Below, in pieces: positions 14,785 to 20,000 of a stretch of 20,000 nucleotides of DNA. The DNA comes from an uncultured virus (IMG/VR IMGVR_UViG_3300017761_005195) (taxonomy: Duplodnaviria; Heunggongvirae; Uroviricota; Caudoviricetes). The position numbers were made by a program, and so were the translations under genes. Under the pieces are notes generated by a model that was given only the letters and a program-made list of their open reading frames with translations, made no database searches and was not told the DNA's origin. The DNA is taken from IMG/VR virus record IMGVR_UViG_3300017761_005195. One strand, written 5' to 3'. The first letter of the stretch is position 1. Every line of letters starts with the position of its first letter.

Positions 14785-14913
14785 TTAAACTTTTGAACGA
14801 CTTAAAATGACTTTTGTAAGATTCGTATTGAAGTTTTCTTCTGATGATCCACCTATGCCATTTCTATAATAGGCAGCTAATTCTGACTCGTTAAATTTTT
14901 TAATATGTTTCAT
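14785..14913 (-). CDS. Short ORF, 42 aa, MKHIKKFNE N-terminus
   Basis: Manual translation; TTAATATATA at 14934-14943. Confidence 0.6.
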   Translation of the reverse strand: MKHIKKFNESELAAYYRNGIGGSSEENFNTNLTKVILSRSKV

Positions 14914-14964
14914 ATTCCTATTTCGATTTGATTTATATATTAAAGAAAGTAAATAAAAAGATTA

Positions 14965-15210
14965 TCAAATACCTAAAAAACTGTGATCATCTTTATCACT
15001 ATTTTCTCTTAAATACTTTATCTCTTCGTCAGTTAAGTTATGTATAGCCCATTTAGCACCATTAATGAAAGCACCTTGTTTATTCATAGTCCCAAAGGAA
15101 TTTGCAACAGAATAAGCAGCATCACTTATTTTGTCGTTTATTTCTTCCAATTTAGTATCCTTTTGTTTTTTTGAGAACCAACCCTCATTAAATATTTTAA
15201 TATGTTTCAT
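14965..15210 (-). CDS. Hypothetical protein, 81 aa, MKHIKIFNE N-terminus, AFINGAKW motif
   Basis: ORF track. Confidence 0.8.
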   Translation of the reverse strand: MKHIKIFNEGWFSKKQKDTKLEEINDKISDAAYSVANSFGTMNKQGAFINGAKWAIHNLTDEEIKYLRENSDKDDHSFLGI

Positions 15211-15214
15211 TATA

Positions 15215-15541
15215 TCATTTTATTTTTTTTTTTAGATATATTTTATCACCATCTATTTTTTCTATATCAGTGGTATCAAAATCAGAACTATTTGGATCAT
15301 AAACAAGTCCTTCCATTTCAGTTCCTATAAACTTTTCCTCCCATTCGTTTTTGTTTCCATATGAATACAAACACAAAAAATCAATAGTATTGCCGTTTAT
15401 TTCTTCAATCTCTATTGGTAATGGACCATCGTTAAAAAAGTTATATAATGTATATTTTCCACCTTCTTCGAGGTAAAAGTAAAATTTCATGTCTGTTGAA
15501 GAATCAAAAATTCCTTCGTTAAACTTTCTAATATGTTTCAT
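15215..15541 (-). CDS. Hypothetical protein, 108 aa, MKHIRKFNE N-terminus
   Basis: ORF track; ATAATATATA at 15563-15572. Confidence 0.85.
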   Translation of the reverse strand: MKHIRKFNEGIFDSSTDMKFYFYLEEGGKYTLYNFFNDGPLPIEIEEINGNTIDFLCLYSYGNKNEWEEKFIGTEMEGLVYDPNSSDFDTTDIEKIDGDKIYLKKKIK

Positions 15542-15590
15542 ATCTTTTTGTTTTTTCTATATTATATATTATAATTGAAAAAACAAAAAT

Positions 15591-15923
15591 TTAGTCCGCA
15601 TAAGATTTAACAGATGGTAGATTACTATACTCACAATAAAGTTCTTCTCTTTTCTTTTCCAATTCTTCTTTCACACTATCCGGAAAATAAACACCATCAC
15701 CTTCCATATCTGATATGGTACGCGTCATTGCTTTGAAGATAGTTTCTTGTTCTTTGATGGTTTGTTTATCATCGAATAACCTACCCATAAAATTGACCAT
15801 ATTAGCTCTTGGACCCATTTCTTTTACTGGTGGGGTATATTCCTTATTGATTTCCCTATATACGGTTATACCGAACACTATAAATAGGGTTACTACAATT
15901 GAACTTAAGATTACTATTTCCAT
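15591..15923 (-). CDS. Hypothetical protein with N-terminal transmembrane helix, 110 aa
   Basis: ORF track. Confidence 0.8.
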   Translation of the reverse strand: MEIVILSSIVVTLFIVFGITVYREINKEYTPPVKEMGPRANMVNFMGRLFDDKQTIKEQETIFKAMTRTISDMEGDGVYFPDSVKEELEKKREELYCEYSNLPSVKSYAD

Positions 15924-15999
15924 AGGTTTTTATTGTTTTTAGAGATGAAATAATTGAGAATTAGGGTTACTACAATTGATGTTAAGATAGCTACTACCA

Positions 16000-16179
16000 T
16001 TACTTATTATTGGTTTTAGAGTTGAAATAATTGAGAAGACCAATGATTGTTGGGGGCCAGAGGCCGATAAAGATTGCTTTATCCACATTATTTTCCACAA
16101 GGAAGTGGTATTCACTTATAAAGATGACGATTATGGCCATTGCTAAAATAAGTAGTTCGGAGGTTTTAAATTTTTTCAT
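16000..16179 (-). CDS. Small two-helix membrane protein, 59 aa (…AIFIGLWPPTIIG…)
   Basis: Manual translation; two hydrophobic segments. Confidence 0.7.
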   Translation of the reverse strand: MKKFKTSELLILAMAIIVIFISEYHFLVENNVDKAIFIGLWPPTIIGLLNYFNSKTNNK

Positions 16180-16210
16180 TATGTAAAGGTATTTAATATT
16201 TTTTATAATT

Positions 16211-16447
16211 CTAGTTTATTTTTTTAAATTGTCCAAACCAATCTTCAAAGTCGGGTTGGGTTCTTTTTGGTTGCTCTCCAATATCAGTATTTTGTTCATC
16301 AAATTTACTTTCTTGTGCTTGCTCCCAACATTTCTTCATATCTTCCTCACTATACATTCTTTCTTGTTCTTGTTTTATCTCATTAATATAAACATGAGTT
16401 TTTTTAAAATTATTTACAACTTCTTCAAGGGTTATATACTTTTTCAT
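16211..16447 (-). CDS. Hypothetical protein, 78 aa (QEQERMYSEED motif)
   Basis: ORF track. Confidence 0.75.
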   Translation of the reverse strand: MKKYITLEEVVNNFKKTHVYINEIKQEQERMYSEEDMKKCWEQAQESKFDEQNTDIGEQPKRTQPDFEDWFGQFKKIN

Positions 16448-16499
16448 ATATGTTTAATTATTTTTCTTATTTATATTAAAAAAAGAACCCTAATTTTTC

Positions 16500-16700
16500 C
16501 AACTTACAGGTTCTATGGTTGTCCTCTAGAGCTTGACCCGAAAAGAGTACAAGTTGGAGTTAGGAATAGACTTAGCTCGCTCTTTTACAAACAAGTACAG
16601 ATAGTCAATCTGGGTGAAACCAACTCTCACCACGATACCCATATAGGAATCACCCTATTTCATCATATTGGGCATATTATCCATTGATTAGATGGATTGT
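16500..16700 (-). ncRNA. Candidate multi-hairpin structured RNA downstream of tRNA-like copy 4
   Basis: Raised GC and consecutive stems (AAAAGAG/CTCTTTT, GGTGA/TCACC, CAGA/TCTG, ATAGG/CCTAT inside CCCA/TGGG, ATCCAT/ATGGAT); strand inferred from context. Confidence 0.5.
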
Positions 16701-16701
16701 G

Positions 16702-16798
16702 CAGTCAGGACAGGATTCGAACCTGCGTCTTAGTTACTCCAATTTATATGCAATTCTGCAAAGTGTTTTACTATGTGGTACCATTCCACTACCTAACT
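16702..16798 (-). ncRNA. tRNA-like RNA, AGTCAGG family copy 4 (97 nt)
   Basis: AGTTAGG/CCTGACT acceptor, GTGG/CCAC D stem, same T arm. Confidence 0.7.
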
Positions 16799-17162
16799 AA
16801 TTTATTTCTTCAACTTTTAGTATTTTACAATCTGTAACATTAGAACATTTTAACATTTCTTTTTTCCACTCTTTGAGTTTCTGTAAATTAGATGTTTGTC
16901 TATAACCAATAGTGTAGTGGTCATTTCTTTCATCTAAAATAAGACCTATATAATTTTCCATTTCTATATTTTTAGTAGTCAGGACAGGATTCGAACCTGC
17001 GCCGTTGGATTTACAGATATCATTACCTATCTGGTCAAGAAACTCAATTAATTGTTTAGATTGGTCTAATGATAATTCCAATTCCCAACCATTACAACTA
17101 ATAGTTACACTTCTACCTTCCAATTCTACTTCTTGTGTTATTTTATCTAATACTCCTTTCAT
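16797..17162 (-). CDS. Hypothetical protein, 121 aa, reading through a tRNA-like remnant (may be two fused units)
   Basis: ORF track; GAGSNPVLTT is the translation of the T arm and acceptor repeat. Confidence 0.55.
   Translation of the reverse strand: MKGVLDKITQEVELEGRSVTISCNGWELELSLDQSKQLIEFLDQIGNDICKSNGAGSNPVLTTKNIEMENYIGLILDERNDHYTIGYRQTSNLQKLKEWKKEMLKCSNVTDCKILKVEEIN
16976..17032 (-). pseudogene. Truncated tRNA-like copy 5 embedded in ORF
   Basis: GCAGGTTCGAATCCTGTCCTGACTAC intact, CTGTAAA loop, D arm missing. Confidence 0.55.
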
Positions 17163-17259
17163 AATACAAAGATACTACCTTTTATTTACACTTCCAAATT
17201 TATTTTCTAATATGAATAAATATAATAACTTTCAAACATCTTTAAATTATTCATAACTT

Positions 17260-17568
17260 TCAATTATTTTGGCTTATCTGCTCAAATAATACTTTTATCT
17301 TGTCTCTAAAAACTGTCATCACTAAATCCTCAGCTAAGAGATGTCCAACTGGATTAAGCATGTCTTCACAATGCTGACATCCTAAGAAAACATTTTCTTC
17401 TAAACCCAGTAAGGTCATTTTTGTTGAAATACCGAGTTGACCAATTGGGTAATGTTCAGAAGGTGCTGTTCGTTTCATCTCACCTATAAATTCTACCTCT
17501 AAGCCTTTATTAACTTGTTTCATTAAATCGACGGCAGCTATAATGATAGGGCTAATTTCTTTATTCAT
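17260..17568 (-). CDS. Hypothetical protein, 102 aa (CQHC motif)
   Basis: ORF track. Confidence 0.8.
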   Translation of the reverse strand: MNKEISPIIIAAVDLMKQVNKGLEVEFIGEMKRTAPSEHYPIGQLGISTKMTLLGLEENVFLGCQHCEDMLNPVGHLLAEDLVMTVFRDKIKVLFEQISQNN

Positions 17569-17902
17569 AACTTTCTATTGTTTTATCGTTGTATGTTATT
17601 GTGATTAGTTTGGTTGACCATAATGCAGTACTTCCTTTTAATACTGGGTTGTTTTGATCTACTTGCTCTAATACTATTCGTTCTTCAATCTTTAATCCCC
17701 ACTTTTCAGAGAACTCTGTATCGGTTTTACATTTGTTGATGAATTGTTCTTTTGTTAATAACTCAATCAAAGAAACCTTTAATCGTTTACCTTGACTTCT
17801 TAACCTATTAACTTCTTCTTTTTGCAGTTGTCTTTGGCGAAGAATTTCTTTTTTATAATTCTCATACGCCTCATCCAATAATTCTTGTTGTTCTTTATTC
17901 AT
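17561..17902 (-). CDS. Hypothetical protein, 113 aa; paralog of 18046-18390
   Basis: Shared MNKEQQELLDEAY, FINKCKTDTEFSE.WGLKIEER and TKLITITYNDKTI blocks. Confidence 0.85.
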   Translation of the reverse strand: MNKEQQELLDEAYENYKKEILRQRQLQKEEVNRLRSQGKRLKVSLIELLTKEQFINKCKTDTEFSEKWGLKIEERIVLEQVDQNNPVLKGSTALWSTKLITITYNDKTIESYE

Positions 17903-18045
17903 AATTTTCTATTTTTGTAAATATAGGATTACCTTTTGAGTCAAGTTTTTCAAATTTTAATGGTAATTTAAATTCAAAAACTTTTATGTATGGATAAAAA
18001 ACATATCCACTATCTGATTTTCCTTTTGTACCAATCACTATTTTA

Positions 18046-18390
18046 TCATTCATAACTCGTTATTGTTTTATCGTTGTAAGTTATTGTGATTAGTTTGGTT
18101 GGTATGTTTTGTTGATCTAATTCGTAATCTTTCCAATCATCTTTACATCCACGTCTATTACCACCACATCTGTATTTTACATGCCATTCATTTCTTTCTT
18201 CCAAACTCAACTCTCGTTCCTCAATCTTTAATCCCCATGTTTCAGAGAACTCTGTATCGGTTTTACATTTGTTGATGAATTCTTCTTTTGTTAATAATGT
18301 TCCATGAAATCCATGTCCCATCATTATTTCAGTTTTGTTCTTATAATTCTTATAAGCCTCATCCAATAGCTCTTGTTGTTCTTTATTCAT
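18046..18390 (-). CDS. Hypothetical protein, 114 aa; paralog of 17561-17902
   Basis: ORF track, start moved to the ATG at 18390 behind TACCTTTG (18403-18410). Confidence 0.85.
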   Translation of the reverse strand: MNKEQQELLDEAYKNYKNKTEIMMGHGFHGTLLTKEEFINKCKTDTEFSETWGLKIEERELSLEERNEWHVKYRCGGNRRGCKDDWKDYELDQQNIPTKLITITYNDKTITSYE

Positions 18391-18471
18391 ATTTTTATAA
18401 TACAAAGGTAAACAATAGTTTTTATAATTCCAAATAAACATAACCTTTTATTCAATTCCCATATAATAAAT

Positions 18472-18873
18472 ATGATTAAGTTACTTATACCTATCCTTTT
18501 ACTATTATTTACTTCTTGTAATCCATTAAAGTTAAAATGTACCAGTCTTTCCACCCATGTTAAAGTAGATAACCAATGGAGTCACCTTGATGATTGGAAA
18601 CCAATGGATGTAAATGTAAAATTAAAAAGTCCAATCTTTAGGACTATACCATCTAAATTAGTTATTAAAGGTAAAAAAAGACTTGTTTATAGGTTTAAGA
18701 AGTTAATTAAAAACGATACCACCGATAATGGTGAAGAATACCTAATCTTTAAAGTTAAAGATAATAAAGGAGTGGAATGTTTGGCCACTTTCATAGGTAA
18801 AGGAGATTCAGTTTGCTTTATTGTAAATTATGAAAATATTAACTATTCTTATAATTTAATAGAGAGGAAGTAA
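18472..18873 (+). CDS. Putative lipoprotein, 133 aa
   Basis: Signal peptide MIKLLIPILLLLFTSC with lipobox-like FTSC. Confidence 0.75.
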   Translation: MIKLLIPILLLLFTSCNPLKLKCTSLSTHVKVDNQWSHLDDWKPMDVNVKLKSPIFRTIPSKLVIKGKKRLVYRFKKLIKNDTTDNGEEYLIFKVKDNKGVECLATFIGKGDSVCFIVNYENINYSYNLIERK

Positions 18874-19635
18874 TTAATCAGATGTTTTCTTATAGTTATC
18901 TGAATAGGTAAAAGATGCATTTTGATTTGGATAAGTAGGTCCTTCAATTTCAATATTTTTAAATTTTTCTTCAACTTCTTTTGGATTACAATATTTGGGA
19001 TTCATAACTACAACCATATCATATTCCAAGGGCTTAGTTTTTAATAAATCTGGATCTCCGGTTTTAATCCAAACATAGTCGTTTTTTTTGAATAACCACT
19101 GATAAACACTTGTTTTAATTTTATCACTAGATCCTTTCTCGCTTATTATATACCCAACATTTGGATCATCTAATAAAGCACGATATACTTTAAAACCGAA
19201 TCTTTCTACATCTAGTGTTGGTAACACTTCACCTGTTGAACCTTTGAATCCCATTTCAGGAATAGGATCAAACTTCTGTCCTCCTGGCTGTTTTCCGTGA
19301 TACCAATGTATTTGATTTTTAGGAGTCAATACAATATAGTTCATATTCTTCCACACCTCCCAAGCTGTTGTATCAGCAGTCCATTCATATGTAGTATATT
19401 GATTATTTCGATCAGTCTCAAGTCCTTCATACCAAAATGATTGCATAGAACCAGGTTTACCCATTTTATGAGTCATCATTTTTCTCATGAGCTCTTTATT
19501 ATTGAAAAATATATCAAAAGATTTTGCACCAGGTTCACTGACTCCTCTTTTTTTATTTGAAATCTGAACAGATATGGAATCAAATGTAGCTTCTAATATA
19601 AGTCTAAATTGTTCATATAACCTCAAGTGCTTCAT
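18874..19635 (-). CDS. Hypothetical protein, 253 aa, MKHLRLYEQF N-terminus
   Basis: ORF track; CTAATATATA at 19655-19664. Confidence 0.85.
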   Translation of the reverse strand: MKHLRLYEQFRLILEATFDSISVQISNKKRGVSEPGAKSFDIFFNNKELMRKMMTHKMGKPGSMQSFWYEGLETDRNNQYTTYEWTADTTAWEVWKNMNYIVLTPKNQIHWYHGKQPGGQKFDPIPEMGFKGSTGEVLPTLDVERFGFKVYRALLDDPNVGYIISEKGSSDKIKTSVYQWLFKKNDYVWIKTGDPDLLKTKPLEYDMVVVMNPKYCNPKEVEEKFKNIEIEGPTYPNQNASFTYSDNYKKTSD

Positions 19636-19677
19636 AAAAATATTCTCTTTTGAGTATATATTAGTTTTTACAATTTA

Positions 19678-19950
19678 TTAAACTACTTCCCAAGCTTGTA
19701 AAATAACCCTCTTAGTCTTTAAGATATCTTCATGGTTTCCAATAACCACACCATTAGATATAGTGAAAGCATGTCCACTAACCATAACCATATAAGTTCC
19801 TTTAGGATATTTCTTAAGAAACTGAAAGGTAGTCATATTCCTCATTCTAGACCCTTCCTTGTAGGTCATAGAGTTTCTGGTATTCCCATCACCTAAACGA
19901 CGTAAAGTCTTACCCCATAGATTTTGGGAGTGACTAGACATATTATTCAT
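19678..19950 (-). CDS. Hypothetical protein (true start may lie beyond the window); resembles the C-terminal part of a papain-like fold (F.KKYPKG.Y.V....HAF.I.NG)
   Basis: ORF track; fold resemblance is by eye only. Confidence 0.65.
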   Translation of the reverse strand: MNNMSSHSQNLWGKTLRRLGDGNTRNSMTYKEGSRMRNMTTFQFLKKYPKGTYMVMVSGHAFTISNGVVIGNHEDILKTKRVILQAWEVV

Positions 19951-20000
19951 AATGGTAGTATATCTACTAGTTCCTTTTCTGGGTTTACGATTAAACTTAG

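Noticed and set aside
3555..17256. Plus-strand ORFs 3555-3782, 7444-7671, 14445-14627, 15715-15942, 16229-16687 and 17005-17256
   Set aside because: Antisense shadows of better minus-strand genes or RNAs, with the Phe/Ile/Ser-rich composition typical of reverse-complement frames.
17561..18390. Diversity-generating retroelement TR/VR pair
   Set aside because: Differences are block replacements rather than adenine-specific substitutions, and no reverse transcriptase is in the window.
1..20000. Stop-codon reassignment (alternative genetic code) as the cause of short ORFs
   Set aside because: ORFs fill cassette and operon spaces under the standard code, and TAA, TGA and TAG all occur at plausible gene ends.
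1..20000. Integrase or recombinase gene for the array
   Set aside because: No ORF has the size or R-H-R-Y motifs of a tyrosine recombinase; the longest ORF (253 aa) shows none I can recognise.

Overview
Very AT-rich, gene-dense window of small, mostly minus-strand hypothetical ORFs. It is most consistent with an accessory region of a large (jumbo-type) phage of a Bacteroidota host, based on TAnnTTTG promoter boxes, tRNA-like genes and the absence of recognisable housekeeping genes. Main signal: positions ~328-6640 form an integron-like cassette array of 19 attC-like hairpin sites (TAAC...GTTA), followed by one more intact site and several relics out to ~10960. Each cassette body is bounded by its own private inverted repeat, and all cassette ORFs lie on the minus strand. 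One cassette carries only a tRNA-like gene. Several attC-like hairpins contain the start codon, and some also a promoter motif and a shared N-terminal peptide, of the neighbouring ORF. No integrase is visible in the window. About 15 unrelated ORFs share an MKHLKxF(N)E-type N-terminus, tightly linked to a TTAATATATA upstream motif. The right half has a family of tRNA-like RNAs with constant acceptor and T arms but variable middles, plus two candidate pseudoknotted ncRNAs. No protein function can be assigned confidently from sequence alone.
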